From contig CALXKA010000001.1 of NCBI GenBank assembly GCA_944388765.1, positions 35,871 through 99,870 on the forward strand: DNA of 64,000 bases, written 5' to 3'. Below are positions 1-8,566 of this stretch, piece after piece. Under the pieces are notes generated by a model. That model did no database searches. It was not told the origin of the DNA and saw only the letters and a list, made by a program, of their open reading frames with translations. The translations under genes and the position numbers were made by a program. Each line of letters starts with the position of its first letter. Within the stretch, counting starts at the first letter, position 1. The stretch is from an uncultured Clostridia bacterium. GTDB lineage: Bacteria; Bacillota; Clostridia; TANB77; CAG-508.

Positions 1-661
1 CATATATTCCTCCTGTTACCAAGTAATATGCATATCCAAGTATTATAGCTGAAATTAAAAATATTATAATTGATATAACAGGATTTTTTATTTTTACTTT
101 CTCGTTTTTCCTTACTGCTGTTAATAAATTTATTAATTTATATTTAGATATTGTTATTGTATTGAATATTATAACTGCTAAATACATTACTGCAAAATAT
201 ACACATGTTTTTATACATGCCCCTTTTGAAAATACAAATTTAAATTCACTCATATCTGCTTCAAAAAGTTTTGCAACTAGTATTGACATGAATTGTGATG
301 CAAATATACCTATTAAAATACCTACAATTAGAGAAATTATACCTATTAATATTGTTTCAATTAATATGATTTTTGATATTTGACTTCTTCCCATACCAAG
401 TGTCATGTATATACCAAATTCTCTTTTTCTTCTATTTATTAAGAAATTATTTGCATATACAATTAAGAATCCAAGTACTATTGCTATAAATATTGATACC
501 ATTCCAAGTAAGCTTATCATTAATTTTATTATATCTCTTGTTGATTGTGATACTTCAAGCATAGCTTGTTGACTATCTAGTGAATTGAACATATAAAATA
601 TTGCTACACCCAATACAAGTGTCAAAAAATATATTGTATAATCTTTAAAACTTTTTTTCAT
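1..661 (-). CDS. ABC transporter permease, FtsX/BceB-like, N-terminal part (gene continues beyond window start)
   Basis: Reverse-strand translation from ATG at 661..659 gives MKKSFKDYTIYFLTLVLGVAIFYMFNSL..., a typical BceB/MacB-type FtsX permease N-terminus. Lies directly downstream of the ATPase gene in the same operon. Confidence 0.75.
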   Translation of the reverse strand, partial: MKKSFKDYTIYFLTLVLGVAIFYMFNSLDSQQAMLEVSQSTRDIIKLMISLLGMVSIFIAIVLGFLIVYANNFLINRRKREFGIYMTLGMGRSQISKIILIETILIGIISLIVGILIGIFASQFMSILVAKLFEADMSEFKFVFSKGACIKTCVYFAVMYLAVIIFNTITISKYKLINLLTAVRKNEKVKIKNPVISIIIFLISAIILGYAYYLVTGGIY

Positions 662-677
662 ATTTTTTATTGATAAC

Positions 678-1445
678 TTAAATAACATCGTTCAAATCAC
701 CTCCAAGAAGTGTTTGTACCTCAATTATTTTTTCAAAAAATTGTTTTCTTGTATCTTCACCTTTTATGAGTTCATTAAATATCTTTCCATCTTTAATAAA
801 AATAATTCTATCTGCGTAGCTTGCTGTAAAGGCATCATGTGTAACCATTAAAATTGTTGCTCCTAAATTTTGATTTAGGCTTTCAAATGTTTCTAGTAAT
901 TGCCTTGCTGATTTTGAATCTAATGCCCCTGTTGGTTCATCTGCAAGTACCAATTTAGGGTTTGTTATTATCGCTCTTGCTGATGCAACTCTTTGTTTTT
1001 GTCCTCCTGATATCTGATATGGATATTTATTTAAAATGTCAGTTATATTAAGTTTTTTTGCTACTTCTTTTACCTTTTCATCTATTTGTCGAGGATTTAC
1101 TTTTTGTATTGTTAGGGCAATAGCTATGTTTTCATATGATGTTAATGTGTCTAATAGATTAAAATCTTGAAATATGAATCCTAGCTCTTCTCTTCTAAAT
1201 TTGTTTATATGGTTTCCTTTTAATTTTGTAATATCTTTTCCGTCAATTACTATCTTTCCTGCTGTTACTCTATCTATTGTTGATATACAATTTAGTAACG
1301 TGGTTTTTCCAGAACCAGATGCTCCCATTATCCCTACAAATTCTCCTTTTGTTACATTGAAACTTATATTATCTATTGCTTTTGTTAAATTAGCCTTATT
1401 TCCATAGTACTTTTCAATGTTTTTAACTTCTAATATATTACTCAT
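678..1445 (-). CDS. ABC transporter ATP-binding protein, BceA/MacB-type
   Basis: 255 aa. Walker A GASGSGKTT, signature SGGQKQR, Walker B LVLADEPT. Confidence 0.9.
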   Translation of the reverse strand: MSNILEVKNIEKYYGNKANLTKAIDNISFNVTKGEFVGIMGASGSGKTTLLNCISTIDRVTAGKIVIDGKDITKLKGNHINKFRREELGFIFQDFNLLDTLTSYENIAIALTIQKVNPRQIDEKVKEVAKKLNITDILNKYPYQISGGQKQRVASARAIITNPKLVLADEPTGALDSKSARQLLETFESLNQNLGATILMVTHDAFTASYADRIIFIKDGKIFNELIKGEDTRKQFFEKIIEVQTLLGGDLNDVI

Positions 1446-1547
1446 AAAAACAACTCCTTTTCGTATTTTAAGTTATTTTAATTATACGAAAAGAAGTTAT
1501 ATTACGCAATTGTTTTTTCTTACATTAATATTACATTTTTGTAAGAT

Positions 1548-2564
1548 TTATTTAATATCAATAAAACTGTTTCTAGGGAATATTATTCTGACCTCTGTTC
1601 CAATATTTTTTTCAGAATTTAATTCTAGACCTATTCCCAGTCTATTACAAAGTTTTTTACATAAATATAAACCTATTCCTGTTGATTTACGACCATTTAG
1701 TCTTCCATTTTCTCCTGTAAAGCCTTTTTCAAAAACTCTTGTTATTTCACCTTTTTTTATTCCTATTCCATTATCTTTTATATATAAAACTACTTTTTCT
1801 TTTTTCTCTATTGCATAAATTTCTATCTTTTTATTATCTTCTTTACTATATTTTATTGAATTTTGGATTATTTGATTTACGATAAATGTACACCATTTAC
1901 TATCTGTATACACTTTTGTTTCTATATCATGTAAATTTATATTTATTTTGTTTTGTAATAAACTATCTTTGTTTTTTAATATTGAATTATTTATAATTTC
2001 TTTTAGGTTTACTTTTTTTATATAATAATCTTTTTCGACTGTATTACTTCTAGCATAGAATAATGCTTGTTCTATATAGTTTTCTATTTTATTTATTTCC
2101 TCATTTATACTTTCTGTAACTTCTGTTTTATTATTCTCTATAATCATTTTGCTTGTTGCAATTGGTATTTTTATTTCATGTATCCAAAGTTCAATATATT
2201 CTTTATAATCTTCCTGAATGTATTTATATTTGTTCACATTTTCTAACATTGATTTTCCTGTATCTTCTACAATATTTTTTAATATTTTTCCCTCAATAAA
2301 ATCAGGAGTATTTATTAATTCAGTTATTAAATATTTTTGATCTAAATCATCTAATATATTTAGTAGATTATTGTAAAATGATTTTTTCTTATAATATATT
2401 ATATAAATTCCTATGAAATATATTAGTAATATTGATACCGGTATATATATTTTTATTAATATATTAAAAGAATATATCATTAAAAGTATTTCTATTGTAA
2501 TTAGTACAATTATTAATAATATTAATGTTATTAAATTTTCTTTCAAAAAATCTCTAAATCTCAT
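1548..2564 (-). CDS. Sensor histidine kinase, intramembrane-sensing BceS-like
   Basis: 338 aa. Two N-terminal TM helices with no extracellular domain. HATPase_c motifs (DNGIGI, GTGIGL). Confidence 0.8.
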   Translation of the reverse strand: MRFRDFLKENLITLILLIIVLITIEILLMIYSFNILIKIYIPVSILLIYFIGIYIIYYKKKSFYNNLLNILDDLDQKYLITELINTPDFIEGKILKNIVEDTGKSMLENVNKYKYIQEDYKEYIELWIHEIKIPIATSKMIIENNKTEVTESINEEINKIENYIEQALFYARSNTVEKDYYIKKVNLKEIINNSILKNKDSLLQNKININLHDIETKVYTDSKWCTFIVNQIIQNSIKYSKEDNKKIEIYAIEKKEKVVLYIKDNGIGIKKGEITRVFEKGFTGENGRLNGRKSTGIGLYLCKKLCNRLGIGLELNSEKNIGTEVRIIFPRNSFIDIK

Positions 2565-2573
2565 ATTTATCTC

Positions 2574-3245
2574 CTATTTTAATATATAACCTTGACCTCT
2601 TTTAGTCTCTATTATGTTTTTTAATCCTATTTCTTCTAATTTGTTTCTTAATCTTGTCATGTTTACTGTTAGTGTATTGTCGTCAATGAAACTTTCGCTG
2701 TCCCATAAATAATTTATTATTTCATCTCTTGATACTATTTGTCCTTTTTTTAATACTAAAAAATGTAATATCTTTAATTCGTTTTTTGTAAGTTCTATTT
2801 GCTTTTCTTCTTTTTCTATTATGCTTTTTGAAATATTTAGTATAAAGTCTTTACAGTTTATTTTGTTTTGGTTTGTAGCTGTGCTTTCACTTCTTTTAAG
2901 AAGTCCTGCTATTTTTGCAAGTAGTATTTGTATGTTATATGGTTTTGTTACATATTGATCAGCTCCGTTATTTAAACTTATAAGCTCGTCTAGTTCATTG
3001 TCCCTGCTTGTTACAATAATTATTGGAACATCTGATATTTTTCGTATTTCTTTACATATATATTCTCCATCTAAATATGGTAAATTTATATCTAATAATA
3101 TTAAATCTGCTTTTTTATCTAATATATCTTGTATTGAATTATCAAATTTTTCTATTGTCAATGCTTCATATCCATTTTTTTCTAAAAATATTTTTAACTC
3201 ATTTCTAAGCTTTTGATCATCTTCTACAATTAATATCTTTTTCAA
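2574..3245 (-). CDS. OmpR-family response regulator (BceR-like)
   Basis: 223 aa. Receiver domain (LILLDINLP...) plus winged-helix trans_reg_C (LTVNMTRLRNKL). Confidence 0.85.
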   Translation of the reverse strand: MKKILIVEDDQKLRNELKIFLEKNGYEALTIEKFDNSIQDILDKKADLILLDINLPYLDGEYICKEIRKISDVPIIIVTSRDNELDELISLNNGADQYVTKPYNIQILLAKIAGLLKRSESTATNQNKINCKDFILNISKSIIEKEEKQIELTKNELKILHFLVLKKGQIVSRDEIINYLWDSESFIDDNTLTVNMTRLRNKLEEIGLKNIIETKRGQGYILK

Positions 3246-3340
3246 AATATCACCCTCATTTTTATATTATTGTAAATAAGTATAACATACTTATTTAGAA
3301 AGACAACTATTTTAATTAAATTTTAACTTTTAATAATATA

Positions 3341-3368
3341 AAAAATAAGGATTTGTTATCAATCCCTA
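3341..3368 (-). terminator. Putative rho-independent terminator after the cad operon
   Basis: Minus-strand RNA forms stem AGGGAUU/AAUCCUU followed by a U-run. Overlaps the cadA stop codon. Confidence 0.4.
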
Positions 3369-5198
3369 TTTTAAAGCTCTTAGTGAATTTATTATTGCAA
3401 TTACTGATACTCCTACATCAGCAAATACTGCTTCCCACATCGTAGACAATCCAAATGCACTTAATATTAATACTAATATTTTTATTGTTATTGCAAATAT
3501 TATGTTTTGTTTTACTATTTTCATTGTTTTTTTAGATATTTTTATAGCATCATTTATTTTTGATGGTTCATCTGTCATTATTACTATATCTGCTGCTTCT
3601 ATTGCACTGTCTGCTCCTAGCCCTCCCATTGCAATTCCGATATCAGAAATTGCTAACACTGGTGCATCATTTATCCCGTCTCCAACAAATACTAGTTTAC
3701 CTTTTTTTGTTTTTGTTTTTATCAATTCTTCTATTTTCTCTACTTTTCCATCTGGTAATAACTCTGTGTATACTTCATCTAATTCTAGTTTTTTAGCAAC
3801 ATTTTCTCCTACATCTTTTCTGTCTCCTGTAAGCATAATTGTCTTTCTTATACCACTTTTCTTTAATTTAATTATTGCCTCTTTTGAGTCTTTTTTTATT
3901 TTGTCTGCTATTAATATATATCCTGTAAATTTGTTATCTATTGCTACATAGAGAATTGTACCAATCTCACTACATTTTTTGTATTCAATATTTTTTTCTT
4001 TCATTAATTTTTCATTTCCTATTATCACATCTTTGTCTTGTATTTTAGCTTTTATTCCTAGACCTGATAATTCTTCTATATTAGAAATTAGTTTTGTATC
4101 TATCTCTTTTCTATATGCTTTTTTTACTGATAATGCTATTGGATGGTTAGAATAATTTTCTGCATATGCTGCATATTTTAAAAGTTCTTCATTTGATATT
4201 CCTTCTGCTTCTATTTTTTGTACTTCAAATACGCCTTGTGTTAGAGTTCCTGTTTTATCAAATACTACTATTTCAGCATCCGATAATGCTTCTAGGTAAT
4301 TACTTCCTTTAACTAAGATACCTCTTTTTGATGCTCCACCTATTCCGCCAAAAAAACCTAATGGTATTGATATTACTAATGCACATGGACATGATACAAC
4401 TAAAAATGTTAATGCTCTATATATCCAATCTGTGAATTCGGCACCTTTTATTACTAGTGGTGGTATTGCTGCTAAAAATATAGCAATTATTACTACTGCT
4501 GGTGTGTAATATTTTGCAAATTTTGTTATAAAGTTTTCTGATTTTGATTTTTTGTTACTTGCATTTTCTACTAAATCTAATATTTTGCTAACTGTTGATT
4601 TTCCAAATTCTTTTGTAACTTTTATTTCTAGTAATCCATTTTGATTAATACATCCACTTAATATATCATCATTTTCTTTTACAGCTCTTGGTAGTGATTC
4701 TCCTGTTAGGCTAGATGTGTCTAACATAGATTTTCCTTTTATTATTGTTCCATCTAATGGTACCTTTTCTCCTGGTTTTACAATTATTGTTTCACCAATA
4801 TTTACATCTTCTGGATTAACTTTTAAAATTTCCTCATTTCGCTTTACATTTGCATAATCTGGCCTAATATTCATTAGACTTGCAATTGATTTTCTTGATT
4901 TATTAACTGCATAACTTTGAAACAATTCTCCTACTTGATAGAAAAGCATTACAGCTACTGCCTCTGGAAATTCACCTATTGCAAAAGCACCTATTGTTGC
5001 AATTGTCATAAGAAAATTTTCATCAAATACTTTTCCTCTAAAAATATTTCTTATTGCTTTTAATACAATATCTAATCCAACAATTAAATATAATAGTATG
5101 TATATGCCATTGTTTAACCATTCATTTGGAAATTTGATTACTAGTGATATAATAAATAAAACAAAGGCAACTATTATTTTTATTCCTCTTTTTTTCAT
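3366..5198 (-). CDS. cadA: Heavy-metal (Cd/Zn/Pb-type) P1B-type ATPase without N-terminal HMA domain
   Basis: 610 aa. CPC transmembrane metal motif (SCPCALV), DKTGTLT phosphorylation site, GDGINDAP hinge. Confidence 0.85.
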   Translation of the reverse strand: MKKRGIKIIVAFVLFIISLVIKFPNEWLNNGIYILLYLIVGLDIVLKAIRNIFRGKVFDENFLMTIATIGAFAIGEFPEAVAVMLFYQVGELFQSYAVNKSRKSIASLMNIRPDYANVKRNEEILKVNPEDVNIGETIIVKPGEKVPLDGTIIKGKSMLDTSSLTGESLPRAVKENDDILSGCINQNGLLEIKVTKEFGKSTVSKILDLVENASNKKSKSENFITKFAKYYTPAVVIIAIFLAAIPPLVIKGAEFTDWIYRALTFLVVSCPCALVISIPLGFFGGIGGASKRGILVKGSNYLEALSDAEIVVFDKTGTLTQGVFEVQKIEAEGISNEELLKYAAYAENYSNHPIALSVKKAYRKEIDTKLISNIEELSGLGIKAKIQDKDVIIGNEKLMKEKNIEYKKCSEIGTILYVAIDNKFTGYILIADKIKKDSKEAIIKLKKSGIRKTIMLTGDRKDVGENVAKKLELDEVYTELLPDGKVEKIEELIKTKTKKGKLVFVGDGINDAPVLAISDIGIAMGGLGADSAIEAADIVIMTDEPSKINDAIKISKKTMKIVKQNIIFAITIKILVLILSAFGLSTMWEAVFADVGVSVIAIINSLRALK

Positions 5199-5219
5199 AA
5201 AGCATCCTCTTTCTATATA

Positions 5220-5453
5220 TTAAATTCCTTCTACTTCTAAATCGGGTTCTTCTTTTCTAATGGTTTTTTTTACCTTTTTTATTATTTCTTTTTCTTCTTC
5301 TTCACTACATTCAAATATTAATTTTCCTGTCATGAAATTTACAGACACATTTTTAACTCCTTCTATTTTTTGAATTGCATTTTCTAATTGTGCTGCACAA
5401 TTTGCGCAATCTAAACCTTTTAAATTACATTTATAATTCTTCAATATGTTCAC
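5220..5453 (-). CDS. Heavy-metal-associated (HMA) domain metallochaperone
   Basis: 77 aa. GLDCANCA CxxC metal-binding motif. Overlaps the cadC stop by 23 nt. Confidence 0.75.
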   Translation of the reverse strand: MNILKNYKCNLKGLDCANCAAQLENAIQKIEGVKNVSVNFMTGKLIFECSEEEEKEIIKKVKKTIRKEEPDLEVEGI

Positions 5454-5784
5454 GACCTTTCCTTACAATTTGACTAATATGATCATCATCTAAACTATAA
5501 TATACTACTTTCCCTTCTTTTCTAAATTTAACTAATTTTGCTTGTTTTAACAATCTTAATTGGTGAGATATTGCTGATTGTGTAGTTTGGACAATATTTG
5601 CTATGTCACATACACATAGTTCATTTTCCATGAGTGCATATATTATCTTCATTCTTGTTGAATCTGCAAACACTTTAAAAAATTCTGCTAAATCATAAAT
5701 CATTTCATCTTGTGGTATTTTCTTTTTTACTTCATTTACCACGTCTTCATGAAGTACTGTACATTCGAATAATTCTTCTTCCAT
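5431..5784 (-). CDS. cadC: ArsR/SmtB-family metalloregulator, CadC-like
   Basis: 117 aa. ELCVCDI metal-sensing motif and HTH (SHQLRLLKQAKLV). Confidence 0.85.
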   Translation of the reverse strand: MEEELFECTVLHEDVVNEVKKKIPQDEMIYDLAEFFKVFADSTRMKIIYALMENELCVCDIANIVQTTQSAISHQLRLLKQAKLVKFRKEGKVVYYSLDDDHISQIVRKGREHIEEL

Positions 5785-5850
5785 ATTTTCCTCCTTTCTA
5801 AATTAGGTCTTTTCCTTTTGAATATATATCTGTTTGATTTGTATTTGTTT

Positions 5851-5908
5851 GAATATATGATTAATTGTTCATATATTCATGATATGATTTTATTTCTATT
5901 TTGTCAAT
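5851..5908 (-). promoter_or_regulatory. Putative cad promoter (-35 TTGACA, -10 TATCAT on minus strand) with perfect 10-bp inverted repeat operator
   Basis: Minus strand TTGACA (plus 5903..5908), 18-nt spacer, TATCAT (5879..5884). Inverted repeat GAATATATGA-n8-TCATATATTC at 5851..5878 covers the predicted transcription start, as expected for an ArsR-family operator. Confidence 0.5.
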
Positions 5909-5945
5909 AGTTTTTCAAAAAATTATTACAAATGTTTTTAAATAA

Positions 5946-5981
5946 TAAAAAAGGCCTGCTTTATTTAGCAAACCTTTTTTA
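5946..5981 (-). terminator. Rho-independent terminator downstream of the KAP NTPase gene
   Basis: Minus-strand RNA folds AAAAAAGGUUUGC/GCAGGCCUUUUUU using G-U wobble pairs, followed by UUUUUUAUU. The plus-strand version would contain C-A mismatches, so it is strand-specific. Confidence 0.5.
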
Positions 5982-6038
5982 TTATCCTTCTTCTTCTACT
6001 TCAAATTGTGTTGTGCATCTTTGAGGGAAGGAAATTTA

Positions 6039-7469
6039 TTATATAATATTATTTATTTCATTTATCATATTATATACTTTTTTGTCATTATATGTTCCAT
6101 TTTCAAAAAGTGTATCTAAAAAATTAGTATTACTCATAATAAATTCAATAAAATTCTTACAAATAGAATCATCAAATAATCCAAGCCAATTATAATATTC
6201 TATAAATGCTCCTCCTTCAAGGTATTTAGCTGCTTTTAACTCTTTTATTGTTAATTTATATGAAGAAAACCTTACTAATAATTTAAATACTTCATATTTT
6301 TTTCCATTATTATAATTTAAATTACACTCCTTTTTATTATATTGCTCAAATTGATTTTCTAGTTTTCTTCCTGTGTTTCTATCATAATTTATTAATAATA
6401 TTTTATTATAAATTTTTTCCTTATTTTCTAATAATAAGTATTTATATTCGTCATTATGAAAAATGTGTATAATTATAAAATACAATACTAAAATAATATT
6501 ATATATATTACATAAGTTAATATCTTTTCTTATTAAATATTCTTTTATTGAAATATATTTTCTTAGCACTTTCTTTATATGTCTAGAATTGCTAAAAGCA
6601 ATACTAGACAAAAAATCTACAATTTTTTTCGCATCCTCATGGCTAATTTTCATAATCTTAACAATGCTGTCTTCAAAATTTTCTACATTTATATTATTGC
6701 TTATAATAAAATTAATAGGAAATATTTTTTCTAAATATTCATCTGCTTTGTTAAAATCATTATTATATTTATTTTGCAATGCTAAAGTAACAGCTTTTTT
6801 ATCTATTCCAATTATAAATATAATATTTTTATTTACAGATAATAGTAATTTTATAGAAGATATTAAATTAATAATATTTTCTGATTCACATCTATCCAAA
6901 TCATCTAAAAATATAACTAATTTTTTGTTATTAAAAGTCATTTTACTATATTCTTCTTCGAATTCATTTATTTTTTCCCACAAGCATTTATTATCTTCTA
7001 TCTTTTTTACTCTTTCTTCATCTAATTTTTGCACCTCATCTATAGCCTCTCCTGGCTTTATATTTATTATTCCTAAATTAATGTCTATTCCTTTTGCCAT
7101 ACTTTTTAATATACTATATCCTGTTTCTAGTATATTTTTTCCATTTTCCTTAAGCCTATTAATTTTCTTATTTTTAGTCATGAATTTTAACAATGAATAT
7201 GGTAAATTATCATCTTTTTCATATTTCCAAGTATCAAACCATACTGTTTCAAATTCATTTTTAGGCAAGTTACTTTCTATTGTTTTCATTAAACAACTTT
7301 TACCACTTCCCCATACCCCATATATTGCAATTAAATTATTTTTTTCTAATAATTTTTTATTATTTTCTAATTGTAAAAAATTACAAATTGCCATAGCTTT
7401 ATCATAAGTTCCAAACATATCATTTTCCCTATTTAATACTTTTATTTCTTCAATTAAACTTTCCTCCAT
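6039..7469 (-). CDS. KAP-family P-loop NTPase
   Basis: 476 aa. Walker A GVWGSGKS, Walker B/KAP signature VIFLDDLDRC. One hydrophobic segment after the NTPase core. More AT-rich than its neighbours. Confidence 0.75.
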   Translation of the reverse strand: MEESLIEEIKVLNRENDMFGTYDKAMAICNFLQLENNKKLLEKNNLIAIYGVWGSGKSCLMKTIESNLPKNEFETVWFDTWKYEKDDNLPYSLLKFMTKNKKINRLKENGKNILETGYSILKSMAKGIDINLGIINIKPGEAIDEVQKLDEERVKKIEDNKCLWEKINEFEEEYSKMTFNNKKLVIFLDDLDRCESENIINLISSIKLLLSVNKNIIFIIGIDKKAVTLALQNKYNNDFNKADEYLEKIFPINFIISNNINVENFEDSIVKIMKISHEDAKKIVDFLSSIAFSNSRHIKKVLRKYISIKEYLIRKDINLCNIYNIILVLYFIIIHIFHNDEYKYLLLENKEKIYNKILLINYDRNTGRKLENQFEQYNKKECNLNYNNGKKYEVFKLLVRFSSYKLTIKELKAAKYLEGGAFIEYYNWLGLFDDSICKNFIEFIMSNTNFLDTLFENGTYNDKKVYNMINEINNII

Positions 7470-7489
7470 TTACTTTCTCCTTTTTCATT

Positions 7490-8290
7490 TTATTTTAATA
7501 ATTTTGTTTCACTATCCTTTGTTAATATTTTCATTTGTGATATTGCTATTTGATTTAATTTATATAATCTGTCAGATTGTTGCATTCCTTCATTTATAAA
7601 TATTGAATTTGTATTTTCTAAATTTGCTAAACATATTAATTCATTTATACTTGCATAATCTCTTATATTCCCTTTTTTATTTGGATTCTTTTCTCTCCAT
7701 TCTTTTGCTGTCATACCAAATAATGCCATATTTAATACGTCAGCTTCTTCTGCGTATACTAGATTTACTTGCTTGCTAGTTAATTCTTTAGGTATTAAAT
7801 TATTTTTTATTGCATCCGTGTGTATTCTATAGTTAACTTTTGCTAAATCTCTCTTTGCATTCCATCCTACTTCTTTTTGTTCTTCTTGTTTTAATCTTTC
7901 AAATTCTTTAATTAAATATATTTTGAATTTTGGGCTAATCCACATTCCAAACTCAAAGGCTATATCCTTATGTGCATAAGTTCCTCCATATCTTCCTGTT
8001 TTTGCCACTATTCCAATTGCATTTGTTTTATTTGACCACTCTTTAACACTTATTTTGTAACTATTTAAACCTGCTTGACTTTTAATTATGGCGAATTCGC
8101 CATAATTAAAATTAGGATTATGCAATTCTTCCCATATTCCTAAAAATTCAATTGTATTTCTATTTCTCAACCAATCCGAAATAAAGAATTCACCATCCTT
8201 TGATTTTAGCATATCTGTCAAAGATATGTAATCTTCATTACCTTCGTTATAATAGTTTATTCTTGTATCTAATACTTCGAAATTTTTCAT
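7490..8290 (-). CDS. KilA-N domain protein (phage antirepressor-like)
   Basis: 266 aa. The N-terminal region resembles KilA-N/Bro-N DNA-binding domains seen in prophage antirepressors. Has its own promoter containing a Cheo box. Confidence 0.55.
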   Translation of the reverse strand: MKNFEVLDTRINYYNEGNEDYISLTDMLKSKDGEFFISDWLRNRNTIEFLGIWEELHNPNFNYGEFAIIKSQAGLNSYKISVKEWSNKTNAIGIVAKTGRYGGTYAHKDIAFEFGMWISPKFKIYLIKEFERLKQEEQKEVGWNAKRDLAKVNYRIHTDAIKNNLIPKELTSKQVNLVYAEEADVLNMALFGMTAKEWREKNPNKKGNIRDYASINELICLANLENTNSIFINEGMQQSDRLYKLNQIAISQMKILTKDSETKLLK

Positions 8291-8310
8291 AATATCACAT
8301 CCTTTTGCTA

Positions 8311-8339
8311 ATTTTATCGAACATATGTTTTATTGTCAA
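8311..8339 (-). promoter_or_regulatory. Promoter of the KilA-N gene with embedded LexA (Cheo) box
   Basis: Minus strand -35 TTGACA (plus 8334..8339) and -10 TAAAAT (plus 8311..8316). The spacer holds CGAACATATGTTTT (8318..8331), matching 12 of 14 positions of the Gram-positive SOS box CGAACRNRYGTTCG. Confidence 0.5.
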
Positions 8340-8377
8340 TAGAATATTTTTCTTTTTTATAAAAATAAAGCATATGA

Positions 8378-8566
8378 TCATAAATCATCATATACTTTAT
8401 TTTCTTTCTTAACTTCTATTTCAAAATCTTTAAGTGGCAAAGCCCACTTAACATTAAATTTTCTACCATTTATAATATTTTTCATTTGGTCTTTGTGTTT
8501 CGTGGAGATATTCTCAAAATGCTCTTTCTCATATGCTACAAAATATTCTACTTTTTCATCCATCAA
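8378..8566 (-). CDS. Hypothetical small protein (62 aa)
   Basis: The ATG overlaps the stop of the upstream ABC gene (ATGA), suggesting translational coupling. No recognisable domain. Confidence 0.35.
   Translation of the reverse strand: MMDEKVEYFVAYEKEHFENISTKHKDQMKNIINGRKFNVKWALPLKDFEIEVKKENKVYDDL

Noticed and set aside
6463-7407. 314-aa plus-strand ORF antisense to the KAP NTPase gene. Similar long antisense ORFs occur at 20549..21175, 29616..30302, 35292..35846 and 50922..51395.
   Set aside because: Low-complexity Leu/Ile/Phe/Ser-rich translations typical of antisense frames in AT-rich DNA. Each is fully contained within a well-supported minus-strand gene.
5901-8342. Shared motif TTGTCAATAG at 5901..5912 and 8333..8342 flanking the KAP/KilA-N islet, as possible insertion direct repeats
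   Set aside because: Each corresponds to a -35 hexamer (TTGACA on the minus strand) of the cadC and KilA-N promoters. A 10-mer match in AT-rich DNA is weak evidence, and no inverted repeats or integrase were found.
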